Positions 1 to 8,857 of a DNA stretch of 64,000 nucleotides are shown one piece after another. The notes under the pieces were generated by a model. That model was given only the letters and a program-made list of their open reading frames with translations, made no database searches and was not told where the DNA came from. Every line of letters starts with the position of its first letter. The stretch's first letter is position 1. Source of the DNA: an uncultured Verrucomicrobiae bacterium (GTDB lineage Bacteria > Verrucomicrobiota > Verrucomicrobiia > Chthoniobacterales > Chthoniobacteraceae); the NCBI GenBank assembly GCA_963769025.1, contig CAVYKI010000012.1, positions 512,001 to 576,000 of the forward strand. The letters are read 5' to 3'. The position numbers and the translations under genes were made by a program.

Positions 1-85
1 CGATCCGTTCGAGAGCATCCCGTCGCCGAACCGCACGCCGTTCAAGCGCGTCACGTTCGACGTCGGCTCCTTTACGCTAAAGTAG
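1..85 (+). CDS. 3' end of an unknown gene entering the window
   Basis: Open frame with GC3-rich codons (DPFESIPSPNRTPFKRVTFDVGSFTLK*) ending TAG at 83-85. Confidence 0.4.
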   Translation, partial: DPFESIPSPNRTPFKRVTFDVGSFTLK

Positions 86-2167
86 CCGCTGCCCGGACGA
101 CGCGGCCAGCGCCGCCGCCTTGCGGCGCACCGCCTCCGCCTCGGCATTCCGGCCGAGTTCCCGGAGGATGGCGGAGAAAAAGTCGAGATACGCGGCATTC
201 CCCGGTGCGCGCGCGACCGCGACGGCCTGAGATTCCAGCGCATCGGAGAATTTGCCGAGGCTGACCTCGCATTTCGCGGCCTCGTCAAATGCGCCGGCGC
301 CGTGGATGTCGAGCCGCTGGGCATTCCGCGCGGTCGTGAGCGCCAGCGCGAAGTCGCCCATCTCGCGCTGGAGCGACGCCATGCCGATCTGCGACGGGAG
401 ATGCCACCAGTGGGCGCGCGCGTATTCCTCCACCACCGTCAGCGCGGCGCGCGGCCCCTCGGTTTCGCGGAGGACGTTTGCCTCGAAGCCACGCAGCTCC
501 CACGTGTGCGGGTTTGCGGGCTTCCACTCGCGCACGAGCGCGAGGGCCTCCGCGCTGCGGCCCTCCTTGTGCAACTGGCCCGCCGCATTCAACGCCGCAT
601 TCCACGTCCGCGGAACATCGGCGACGACGGTGGCGGCGCGACCGATGTCGAGCAACGGGCGGGCCTCGTCGGCGCGGCCCTGCTTTTGGAGGCAGAGCCC
701 GAGATTGATCCGCGCGGTCATGAAGCCTGGGTAAAATTCGAGCGTCTTTCGGTAAATCTGCTCCTGCTCGGCGAGCCGGCCCTGGCGGCCGAGTTCCTGC
801 GCGAGGTAGGCGAGGATGCGCGGCGATGCGCCGCCGCTGGCGATCGTCTTCCGGGCAAAACGCTCGCCATTTGCCCAGTCCCCGGCGCGCACGCCCGTCC
901 GCACCGCCAGCACGCCCGCAGCCACCAGCGCCAGCGCGCCGCTCCATCGCAGCGCACGGCGCGGGAGCATCGCGACCACGCCCGCCAGGAACATCAGGAA
1001 GCCGATGCTCGCGGCGTAGATCCAATGCTCGGCGACCTCGGCATTCAGCGGGATGAGATTCGAGATCGGCACAAACGCCACGAAGAACCAGACCGCGCCA
1101 AACCGCCGGAGCGAACGCCCTTCACCCCGACGCATGCAAAGCCACGAGGCCGCGACGAGCGTGGCCGCGCCGAGGATGGAAAGGTATTCGGCCGTGACGC
1201 CGTGCCACCACGCGGAGCGGCTCGCATACATGTCCGCCGCGCCCAGCGAGCGCTCCATCATCAGCCGCACCGGGGCAAACATCAGCCCGCAGTAGTCACC
1301 GAGCGCCCTCAGCGCGAGGATCGCCCGTCCGCCGAAAGGCTCCGGGCCGCCCACCGCCGCAGGAAGCCCGGCGCGATGTTCCGGCAGCGCATGCAAAACC
1401 GCATAGACGCCGACCAGCGCGATCACTCCGCCCACGGGGAGCAAGCGCCGGAGCCGGCCCGGCGAGCGTTCGAAAATAAGCGCGTGCAGACAAAAGAGCA
1501 GCGCCCATACGAGCGCGATTTCCTTCGAGCAGAGCGCCACGAGAAACAGCAGCGCCGCCGCCAGTCCGAAAGCCATCCGCCCCGCCCGCCCGGCACACTC
1601 GCGCGCGCGGATGCACAGCAGCCACGCGCCGAGCGCGAAGAGCGCCGCAAGGCTGTCCGCGCGCCCGGAGACGTAAGCCACCGCGGCATTATGCACCGGA
1701 TGCACCAGCCAGACGAGCGCCACGAGGAACGCGGCCGCAAATGCCTCCGGTCCGCCTTTCCACAATGCAGGCAGCAGCCGGCGGAGGAGCAGGAAGAGCA
1801 GCCACGCCGCAAACGCGTGAATCAGCACATTGGTGCAATGATAGCCGGTGGTGTCCTCGCCCCACAGCGCATAGTCCACCATGTAAGACAGGTTCTGGAC
1901 GGGCCGGTAGTAGGTTGAAAACGACTCGGTGAACAGATGCCGCCGGAACACCTCCACCGCGAAGACCGGACTGCGGAAGAACGGATTTTCCCCGACGAGA
2001 TAGTGATCGTCCCAGATGCGCTCCCCTTTCAGGGACGGGTAATAGGTCGCAAACGCGATCAGCACGAAGACGAGCAGCACGACCCACGGACGCAGCCACC
2101 GGGAGACGGCAGGACAGCGCGGCTCCTTCGCTGCCGCGGATTTTGGGCTGGGGCTGAGGTCTGTCAA
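77..2167 (-). CDS. TMTC-like GT-C membrane glycosyltransferase with C-terminal TPRs
   Basis: N-terminal TM then WDD acidic motif, YYRPV, HPVH..AVAYVSGR, SKE motif, AEHWIY, many TM helices, C-terminal TPR-like helices. Confidence 0.8.
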   Translation of the reverse strand: MTDLSPSPKSAAAKEPRCPAVSRWLRPWVVLLVFVLIAFATYYPSLKGERIWDDHYLVGENPFFRSPVFAVEVFRRHLFTESFSTYYRPVQNLSYMVDYALWGEDTTGYHCTNVLIHAFAAWLLFLLLRRLLPALWKGGPEAFAAAFLVALVWLVHPVHNAAVAYVSGRADSLAALFALGAWLLCIRARECAGRAGRMAFGLAAALLFLVALCSKEIALVWALLFCLHALIFERSPGRLRRLLPVGGVIALVGVYAVLHALPEHRAGLPAAVGGPEPFGGRAILALRALGDYCGLMFAPVRLMMERSLGAADMYASRSAWWHGVTAEYLSILGAATLVAASWLCMRRGEGRSLRRFGAVWFFVAFVPISNLIPLNAEVAEHWIYAASIGFLMFLAGVVAMLPRRALRWSGALALVAAGVLAVRTGVRAGDWANGERFARKTIASGGASPRILAYLAQELGRQGRLAEQEQIYRKTLEFYPGFMTARINLGLCLQKQGRADEARPLLDIGRAATVVADVPRTWNAALNAAGQLHKEGRSAEALALVREWKPANPHTWELRGFEANVLRETEGPRAALTVVEEYARAHWWHLPSQIGMASLQREMGDFALALTTARNAQRLDIHGAGAFDEAAKCEVSLGKFSDALESQAVAVARAPGNAAYLDFFSAILRELGRNAEAEAVRRKAAALAASSGQRLL

Positions 2168-2176
2168 AATCTTGCG

Positions 2177-2594
2177 CTAAGGATAATACGGTGACCAGAA
2201 ATCCCCCGGGGCGACGTCCGAGAGCGCATTGAAGGTGACCGGCGAGACCTTCGGTGCCTCATCGAGGGTGGTCATCGTGTAGGCATTGCCCAGCAAATCG
2301 TTCGGAAGACTGTGATACAGCGCGCAGCCGGTCTTGATGTAAGGCAGGAAGAAGGCAAGGTCCCCGGGCCCGATCACCGTGTTTCCGTTGCGGTTGTTCT
2401 CGATCGTGTACTGGTCGATCGCACGTTCGAGCATCCGCACCTCATCGAGGACGCGCAGCGCCTGGCTCCGCTTTCTGGCGCGCATGTAGTTAGGGATGGC
2501 GATGGTCGCAATGAGCGCAATCACGGTCACCACGATCATGATCTCGACGACCGTAAAGCCGCTTCGTCGCCGGCCCTGGGATGATGTTTTTCAT
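2177..2594 (-). CDS. Type IV pilin (divergent copy); leader out of frame by 1 nt
   Basis: G|FTVVEIMIVV prepilin motif just upstream of the ORF-track start; ATG at 2594 is out of frame by one base (A5 run); C-terminus FNALSDVAPGDFWSPY matches the neighbours. Confidence 0.8.
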
Positions 2595-2648
2595 TGGTTC
2601 ATTTGGATGCGACGCCTGGGCCGGAGCCGCGCCCGAACATGATAGCCA

Positions 2649-2664
2649 AGCAGTCCCCGTGCCT
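2649..2664 (-). promoter_or_regulatory. sigma54 -24/-12 promoter of pilin 1
   Basis: AGGCACGGGGACTGCT = GG-N10-GC. Confidence 0.65.
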
Positions 2665-2709
2665 GTCACGCGAGCTTGAGACTCAGGCGCAATCCCCCCT
2701 CAAAAGCCG

Positions 2710-2742
2710 ACACCCGGCTGTCCGCGAGGAACAGCCGGGTGT
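2710..2742 (-). terminator. Intrinsic terminator-like hairpin after pilin 2
   Basis: CACCCGGCTGTCC-GCGA-GGAACAGCCGGGTG stem; covaries with the two other copies. Confidence 0.65.
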
Positions 2743-2773
2743 GGCGAATTTTGTCAGTTAAACAGCCGGTCGC

Positions 2774-3178
2774 TTAGTTGTAGGGCGACCAGAAGCTCGC
2801 CGGGGCAACGTCCGAGAGGGCGTTGAACGTCGAGGCGTTCACCTTCGGCGCGCTGTCCACGGTGGGCAGCGTGAAGGCGGCACCGAGGATGTCGGCGTTG
2901 TTGCTCATATAGAGACGCGTGCCGGTCTTGATGTAGCGCTGGACGTCCGCCCACGCGACGGTGGCGCCGCCGGGCTTGTTGGTCTCGATCGCGTATTGGT
3001 CCACGGCCGAGTCAATGATGCGCAGGTCCGAGAGGACCTGGGTGGCCTGCGAGCGCTTGCGGCTGCGCAGGAAGTTCGGGACGGCAATCGCCGCCAGCAG
3101 TGCGATGATCGCGACAACGATCATGATTTCCACGAGCGTGAAGCCCGCTTGAGTTTTGGTGGTCAGTTTACGGAGCAT
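2774..3178 (-). CDS. Type IV pilin
   Basis: MLRKLTTKTQAG|FTLVEIMIVVAIIALLAAIAVPNF class III signal, 134 aa. Confidence 0.92.
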   Translation of the reverse strand: MLRKLTTKTQAGFTLVEIMIVVAIIALLAAIAVPNFLRSRKRSQATQVLSDLRIIDSAVDQYAIETNKPGGATVAWADVQRYIKTGTRLYMSNNADILGAAFTLPTVDSAPKVNASTFNALSDVAPASFWSPYN

Positions 3179-3248
3179 GTGATGTGTATTTCTGTTTTGG
3201 TTTATTCTCCCCCGCGGCAGTTGCACCGCGGTGGATGCTGCCTTTCTA

Positions 3249-3264
3249 AGCACGTGCGATGCCA
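3249..3264 (-). promoter_or_regulatory. sigma54 promoter of pilin 2
   Basis: TGGCATCGCACGTGCT = GG-N10-GC. Confidence 0.75.
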
Positions 3265-3345
3265 CATTTCCCGGCGGCGGAATCTAGCGTGTTAACATAT
3301 TCCATACCAGCCGTTCCTCACCACGCGCGGCACCGCGAAAGCAAA

Positions 3346-3376
3346 CACCCGGCCATCCGCGAGGAATGGCCGGGTG
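3346..3376 (-). terminator. Intrinsic terminator after pilin 3
   Basis: CACCCGGCCATTCC-TCGC-GGATGGCCGGGTG followed by TTTGCTTT on the minus strand. Confidence 0.7.
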
Positions 3377-3407
3377 CTGTGAAAGGACCGCTGAGGCGGC
3401 CAGGGTC

Positions 3408-3812
3408 TTAGTTGTAGGGCGACCAGAAGCTCGCCGGGGCAACGTCCGAGAGGGCGTTGAACGTCGAGGTGTTCACCTTCGGCGCGCTGTCCACGGTGGG
3501 CAGCGTGAAGGCGGCACCGAGGATGTCGGTGTTGTTGCTCATGTAGAGGCGCGTGCCGCTCTTGATATAGCGCTGGACGTCCGCCCACGCGACGGTGGCG
3601 CCGCCGGGCTTGTTGGTCTCGATCGCGTATTGGTCCACGGCCGAGTCGATGATGCGCAGATCCTCGAGGACCTGGGTGGCCTGCGAGCGCTTGCGGCTGC
3701 GCAGGAAGTTCGGGACGGCAATCGCCGCCAGCAGTGCGATGATCGCGACGACGATCATGATTTCCACGAGCGTGAAGCCCGCTTGCGTTTTGGTGGTCAG
3801 TTTACGGAGCAT
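3408..3812 (-). CDS. Type IV pilin (4 aa different from pilin 2)
   Basis: Same class III signal; near-identical to 2774..3178. Confidence 0.92.
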   Translation of the reverse strand: MLRKLTTKTQAGFTLVEIMIVVAIIALLAAIAVPNFLRSRKRSQATQVLEDLRIIDSAVDQYAIETNKPGGATVAWADVQRYIKSGTRLYMSNNTDILGAAFTLPTVDSAPKVNTSTFNALSDVAPASFWSPYN

Positions 3813-3879
3813 GTGATGTGTATTTCTGTTTTGGTTTGTCACCGCCGTGGCAGTGTGCCGCGGCGGATGCTGCCTGAAA

Positions 3880-3895
3880 AGCAGGCGCGATGCCA
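3880..3895 (-). promoter_or_regulatory. sigma54 promoter of pilin 3
   Basis: TGGCATCGCGCCTGCT = GG-N10-GC. Confidence 0.75.
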
Positions 3896-3953
3896 CGTTT
3901 CCCTGCATGAAACCAATGCCATTTTCGTGCGCCGCTACCTCCCGGAAAGCAAA

Positions 3954-3984
3954 CACCCGGCCATCCGCGAGGAATGGCCGGGTG
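3954..3984 (-). terminator. Intrinsic terminator after pilin 4
   Basis: Identical hairpin to 3346..3376, with T-rich tail. Confidence 0.7.
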
Positions 3985-4015
3985 CTGTGAAAGGAACCGC
4001 GTGGCGGCGGAGGCC

Positions 4016-4423
4016 TTAGTTGTAGGGCGACCAGAAATCCGCCGGGGCGACGTCCGAGAGCGCGGTGAACGTCGAGGCGTTCACCTTCGGCGTGCTGTCC
4101 ACCGTCGGGAGCGTGAAGGACGCACCGAGGATGTCGGTGTTGTTGCTCAGATAGAGCCGCGTTCCGGTCTTGATGTAACGCTGGATGTCCGCCCAATCGA
4201 CCGGGCCGAAGCCGCCGGCCTTCGAGGTTTCGATGGCGTACTGGTCCACGGCGCCGTCGATGACGCGCAGGTCCTCGAGGATCTGGGTGGCCTGCGAGCG
4301 CTTGCGGCTGCGCAGGAAGTTCGGGACGGCGATCGCCGCGAGGAGGGCGATGATCGCGACCACGATCATGATTTCCACGAGCGTGAAGCCCGCGTGTGTT
4401 TTGGTGTTCAGTTTACGAAGCAT
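4016..4423 (-). CDS. Type IV pilin
   Basis: MLRKLNTKTHAG|FTLVEIMIVV; paralogue of pilins 2 and 3. Confidence 0.92.
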   Translation of the reverse strand: MLRKLNTKTHAGFTLVEIMIVVAIIALLAAIAVPNFLRSRKRSQATQILEDLRVIDGAVDQYAIETSKAGGFGPVDWADIQRYIKTGTRLYLSNNTDILGASFTLPTVDSTPKVNASTFTALSDVAPADFWSPYN

Positions 4424-4495
4424 GGGATGATGTCAGTTTGTGTTTGTTTTAATCTCATTCGCTCACCGAAGATGGACGCGAATACCATTCCGATG

Positions 4496-4511
4496 AGCAT
4501 TCACGGTGCCA
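4496..4511 (-). promoter_or_regulatory. sigma54 promoter of pilin 4
   Basis: TGGCACCGTGAATGCT = GG-N10-GC. Confidence 0.75.
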
Positions 4512-4552
4512 TCGCCTGACCGATTCCTCGCCTCTCCGCAAACGCACCACCC

Positions 4553-6553
4553 ATGACACCAGCCCCGTCCCGCCGCCGATTCATCGATCGGCTACCCCCG
4601 TGGCTCTTCGTCTTTGTCGGCGTGTTCCTGGTGCAGTTCCTCGTCCTGAACATGATCGCCGCCTCGCGCCATTTCCTCCCGGATGGCGACGACATGAAAT
4701 TCTACAACGACTGGGCGCACCGCATCGCCGGCGGACAGCTCACGGATGGAAAGGCCTTCTACGGCCTGCCCGGCTACGCCTACGCGCTGGCGGGCATCTA
4801 TCAGGCGACCGGCGGCTACAGCCACTGGTATTCGCCCTATGTCGTCGCGCAGCTCCAGGCCGCGCTCCATGCGCTCACGGCCACTTGGATCTTCCTGCTC
4901 GGGTGCCGCGTCTTTGGCGGCGCGGGTGAAAGTGACAGGCGGCGCGGGATGGCCATCGGCGTGCTCGGCGCCGCGGCGTGGGCGTTCTTCACGCCGGCGC
5001 AGGTCTTCTCCGCCATCCTCATGCCGACGGCCTGGGTCGTGTGCGCTTTCTGGGGGACGGTCTATTGGCTGGTCGTCATCCATGAACGCGGCCGCGCCTC
5101 GTGGTGGCGGCCCTGGCTGTGGATCGGCCTCTGCGCGGGCATCACCGCGATGATGGTCGCCACCATCCTCATGCTCCTGCCGCTCGTCGTCGTGGCCATC
5201 GCGCTCACCGTCGGGCGCGGCAGTCCGCTGCGGGCCCGCCTCCTGCCCGTCGCCGGCGCCGTGCTCATCCTCCTCGGCGGCGTGTACACCGGCTGCGCCC
5301 CGGTGTGGATTCACAATCACTTCATCGCCAAGGACCGCGTCCTCCTCTCCGCGCACGACGGCCTCAATTTCTACCTCGGCAACCACGCCGGCTCGAACGG
5401 CTACACCCACATCCCCGCCGGCCTCCGCGCCTCGCAGGAGGGCCTCCTCAAGGACTCCCTCACCATCCCCGAAAAAGTCGCCGGCCGCCCCCTCAAGCGC
5501 TCCGAAGCCTCCGCCTACTGGAAAGCGAAAGGCGTCGCCTTCATCCGCGACGAGCCCGTCGCATGGATGAGACTCCTCTGGCTCAAATTTGAGAACTTCT
5601 GCAACGCCTTCCAATACGACGACCTCAGCATCCTGAAGCTCCTCCGCGACGAGCACGCCGTCCTCCCCGGCCTCCGCTTCGGCTTCGCCGCCGCCCTCGG
5701 CATCCCCGGCCTCCTCCTCTGCTGGTTCCGGTGGCCCCGCAGCCGCTGGGTCGCCGGCGGCGTCATCCTCCACCTCGCCGCGCTCCTGCCCGTCTTCATC
5801 ACCGAACGCTACCGCCTCGCCGCCGCCCCCGGCCTCCTCCTCTTCGCCGTCGCCGGCCTCTGGCTGCTCTGGGAAAATCTCACCTCGCTCCTCCTCAAGG
5901 TCTCGTCCCGTCACACCGAAGCCCCCGCTCCCGCCATCCGTTCCTCTCCACTCTCAACCCTCATCACTCAACTCCTTCTCACCGCCCTCTCCACCTGGTT
6001 CGTCTCCCGCCCCCAGACCTCCATCAGCCTCTGGTCGCTCGATTTCTACAAGGCCGGCATCCGCGCCACCGACGGCCGCAACGAAGCCATCGCCAACGGC
6101 GACCCCCGCCTCGCCGCCGCCTACCTCGCCAGCGCCCGCCGCAACCTCGAAACCGCCTACGCCTACGTCCCCGCCAATGCCGACATCACCTTCGCCCTCG
6201 GCAACGTCTGGTACTACGCCCACGACAACGCCCGCGCCAGCCTCTGCTTCCAGCGCGCCGTCCAGCTCGGCACCGCCGCCGGGCGCCCCCACGACGGCGC
6301 CCTCAACAACCTCGGCGTCATCGCCCTCACCGAAAAGCGCCCCAAGGACGCCGAAGTCCTCTTCCAGCTCTCCCTGAAAACCGAGCCCGACGACGCCAAG
6401 ACCTGGTTCCTCCTCGCCGAAGCCTGCCGCGACCAGGGCGACATCCCCCACGCCCAGCTCGCCATCGCCCAGGCCCTCCGCCTCCGCCCCGCCGACCCCG
6501 CCTTCCGGAAATTCCGCGAAACCCTCCCCGCCCCCGCCCCCACCCCGCGCTAG
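4553..6553 (+). CDS. GT-C (ArnT/PMT-like, GT39-type) membrane glycosyltransferase with C-terminal TPRs
   Basis: GDD acidic motif after TM1, PGY, WIHN..GLNFYLGN loop, FITERYR motif, TPR helices (ALNNLGVIAL). Confidence 0.75.
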   Translation: MTPAPSRRRFIDRLPPWLFVFVGVFLVQFLVLNMIAASRHFLPDGDDMKFYNDWAHRIAGGQLTDGKAFYGLPGYAYALAGIYQATGGYSHWYSPYVVAQLQAALHALTATWIFLLGCRVFGGAGESDRRRGMAIGVLGAAAWAFFTPAQVFSAILMPTAWVVCAFWGTVYWLVVIHERGRASWWRPWLWIGLCAGITAMMVATILMLLPLVVVAIALTVGRGSPLRARLLPVAGAVLILLGGVYTGCAPVWIHNHFIAKDRVLLSAHDGLNFYLGNHAGSNGYTHIPAGLRASQEGLLKDSLTIPEKVAGRPLKRSEASAYWKAKGVAFIRDEPVAWMRLLWLKFENFCNAFQYDDLSILKLLRDEHAVLPGLRFGFAAALGIPGLLLCWFRWPRSRWVAGGVILHLAALLPVFITERYRLAAAPGLLLFAVAGLWLLWENLTSLLLKVSSRHTEAPAPAIRSSPLSTLITQLLLTALSTWFVSRPQTSISLWSLDFYKAGIRATDGRNEAIANGDPRLAAAYLASARRNLETAYAYVPANADITFALGNVWYYAHDNARASLCFQRAVQLGTAAGRPHDGALNNLGVIALTEKRPKDAEVLFQLSLKTEPDDAKTWFLLAEACRDQGDIPHAQLAIAQALRLRPADPAFRKFRETLPAPAPTPR

Positions 6554-6571
6554 GGCGGTTCCTCGAAAACT

Positions 6572-6656
6572 GTAGCCGCCGACGGCAGCAGGCGGGCACT
6601 TTGAAGACCCCTGTCCCGGACCGAAAGCGCGCCCGCCTCGTTCCCTCGGCGGCTAC
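6572..6656. repeat. GTAG-type REP / palindromic element
   Basis: GTAGCCGCCGA...GGCGGGC / GCCCGCC...TCGGCGGCTAC inverted arms between convergent genes. Confidence 0.65.
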
Positions 6657-6720
6657 GAAATAAAGTCAACCGCTCCAGCGCCCCGCGGAGTGAATCACGC
6701 CCCGGACTCCCCATCCGCCC

Positions 6721-7491
6721 CTACGCCGTCGGCGGGTAACCCCCGCCGCCCGGTCCCGGCGCCGGGTCCGGCGTCTCGCCTTCCGCGAAGACATACACCA
6801 CCCCCCAGCGCACACACTTCGCCCGGCGCGAACTCGCACTCGGATCATTCCGGTAGAAAAACTCCACCGTGTCGCAGACATCCACCGCCAGCGCCTGCGC
6901 CTCCTCATACAGCGCACCCGCGTCCTCCCGCTCCAGGTCCGTCTTTTCCAGCGCCCCCTGCGCCAGCGCCAGCGCCGCCTTGAATTCCGCCATCGCATCC
7001 GCCACCTGCGCCGCGCTCGGGTTCGCCATCGGCTTATGCCCCCCGACTTCCGCCGCCGCCCGCGCAGCCTCCCCCTGCGCGATCGCATCCCCCGCCTCCT
7101 TCACCGCGTCGTAAGTGCCCAGCGGCGGCAACTCCGTCGCCGACGAATCCCGCCCGTAAAACCGCCGCGCGCTCGGCGGATACACCCCCCGCGCCACCGC
7201 CAGGTCGAACACCTGGTGAAAGTGCGACACCAGCATCGTCGCCCGCGCCGCCTTGCGCGAAAGCTCATTCGTCAGCGCCCCCTGCGCCGCCAGCGCCAGG
7301 TCCACCTGGCTGCATTCCCGTTCAAATTTCGTCAAAAACGACTCCGGCGACCCCGAATCCCGCAACTTCTCCCACTGCGCCGCCGAAATCGCCCGGTCCG
7401 CCGCATTCGGCGTATTCAGATACTTGTCCCGCGCAGTCTTCAGCGTGCGGAGGACGGCGGGAATCGAATTGGGCAGGCGGCGTGAGGGCAT
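6721..7491 (-). CDS. Hypothetical all-helical protein (256 aa)
   Basis: Clean ORF, MPSRRLPN N-terminus, Ala-rich helices, RWGVVY near the C-terminus; no motif recognised. Confidence 0.75.
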   Translation of the reverse strand: MPSRRLPNSIPAVLRTLKTARDKYLNTPNAADRAISAAQWEKLRDSGSPESFLTKFERECSQVDLALAAQGALTNELSRKAARATMLVSHFHQVFDLAVARGVYPPSARRFYGRDSSATELPPLGTYDAVKEAGDAIAQGEAARAAAEVGGHKPMANPSAAQVADAMAEFKAALALAQGALEKTDLEREDAGALYEEAQALAVDVCDTVEFFYRNDPSASSRRAKCVRWGVVYVFAEGETPDPAPGPGGGGYPPTA

Positions 7492-7530
7492 GGTGGTTGG
7501 GATTGGAGGTTTGGTTCAAAGGCTGGGGAA

Positions 7531-7956
7531 ACGGAAAATGCCCACCCGGCCAGACAGGCATTTTCCGTCCTGAAAATGGCATTCCGGCGCAGGACAGGCA
7601 TTTTCCGTCCTGAAAATGGCATCCCGGCCGACAGGACAGGCATTTTCCGTCCTGCAAATGGCATCCCAGCCGGCAGGGCAGGCATTTTCCGTCCTGTAAG
7701 AGGGCATCCTGTCCAGCCGGAGCCCCTTTCCGTCCTGCAAATGGCATCCCGGCCGACAGGACAGGCATTTTCCGACCTGCAAGAGGGCATCCTGTCCAGC
7801 CGGCGCCTCTTTCCGTCCTGCAAATGGCCAACCGGCCGGCCAAGGAGCCATTTTCCGACCTGCAAGAGGGCATCCCGCCCACAGGGACTCCATTTTCCGT
7901 CCTGCAAACGTCCGACGTGCCGCGCCGGGAGAGGCTTTCCGGCCTGCAAACATCCC
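7531..7956. repeat. Array of ~10 units of 40-42 bp plus one inverted half-copy
   Basis: Core YTTTCCGWCCTGCAA(ATG/GAG)GCATCC at 7561, 7601, 7643, 7685, 7726, 7768, 7809, 7851, 7893, 7935; inverted ACGGAAAATGCC at 7531-7542. Confidence 0.9.
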
Positions 7957-8003
7957 TCCCGCCAAGCCCAAAGCCCCTTTCACCCCGGAAAACCGCATCC
8001 CCG

Positions 8004-8031
8004 CCTTCATCCTTCTGCCTTCAGCCTTCAT
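8004..8031. repeat. Heptamer short tandem repeat (CCTTCAT/CCTTCTG/CCTTCAG)
   Basis: Four 7-mers in tandem. Confidence 0.7.
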
Positions 8032-8683
8032 CCATCGCCCCTCCCCAAGCGCCTCCCTCCGCGCAACGCCACCGCGTCGCACACATCGCCGGCCCGATAC
8101 TGGATTGCACATCGCCATCTTCTTCGGAGTTTCGCCGCTGGCGATCTAGGAAACCCATCCCGCCCCTGTCACGAACTTTTTTGCTGATTTCAAAATAAAT
8201 CCCGCCCCGCCGCCCATCGGTCTATCACGTTTCGCATTCAAAGCCCCGAAAACACCGACGTCCCCCGCCCGCCAGGCCCCGGCATTTTCCCATTTGACTC
8301 AGGAAATCTCCAAGCAACACTCCCCACCATGCCACCCCCCCTCCCGTCTAGACCGAGCCAAACCGAACCCCCACTCGGTCCAATCAGATGTTCGGCGATC
8401 GCTACGTCTCTCGTGTTGAATGACGCTCCACTCAGAGTCGGTCCCGGGTTGTTCGCTGCTCCCGAGTCGCACGGTTTGGCTGCTCGTCGCTTCACGCCCT
8501 CACCGCGCACGTCGGTTTGGCGCTCCCAGCGTTCCACCCTTTCCCCAGTCCCGGCTTTTCGTCGTTCGCCGTTTCACCCGCCTCGACAGGGCCACGGTTT
8601 TAGCCTTCTCTTTCCTTCATGCGCAGCGCGGACTCACCGTTTTGGCCAGTGGTTGCGGGACGCTTTCTCCCAATGCCCGCAAC

Positions 8684-8810
8684 GCCGAACCATGCGCTGC
8701 AGCGAACAGGCTCCGCGGTCACGGCACCTGCGGCAGACCACCACCACCTTTCCGCCCACCGGCAGGTGCCGCGCCCGCTCCGCCTGTCGCTGAGCTTGGG
8801 GTCGTTAGGC
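8684..8810 (+). mobile_element. Integron attC site 1
   Basis: GCCGAAC-CATGCGCTGCAGCGAAC...GTCGCTGAGCTTGGGGTC-GTTAGGC, long imperfect palindrome; GCCGAAC is complementary to GTTCGGC at 8390. Confidence 0.85.
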
Positions 8811-8857
8811 GCACTCGCCCCCTCGACAGCGGAGCCGCGTGGGCGTAGGGTCCATTC

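Noticed and set aside
2774..4423. Electrically conductive e-pilins
   Set aside because: Full-length pilins with Ser at mature position 27 and a long aromatic-free stretch after F24; no cytochrome context
2774..4423. Neisseria-style silent pilS cassettes or a DGR target
   Set aside because: Each copy has a full leader and promoter; no reverse transcriptase or adenine-specific variation
7531..7956. CRISPR array
   Set aside because: Variable parts are only ~18 bp and related to each other, the repeats are degenerate, and there are no cas genes
7322..8198. Several long ORFs across the repeat array
   Set aside because: They are translations of the repeat in shifting frames; unit lengths of 40 and 41 break any consistent protein repeat
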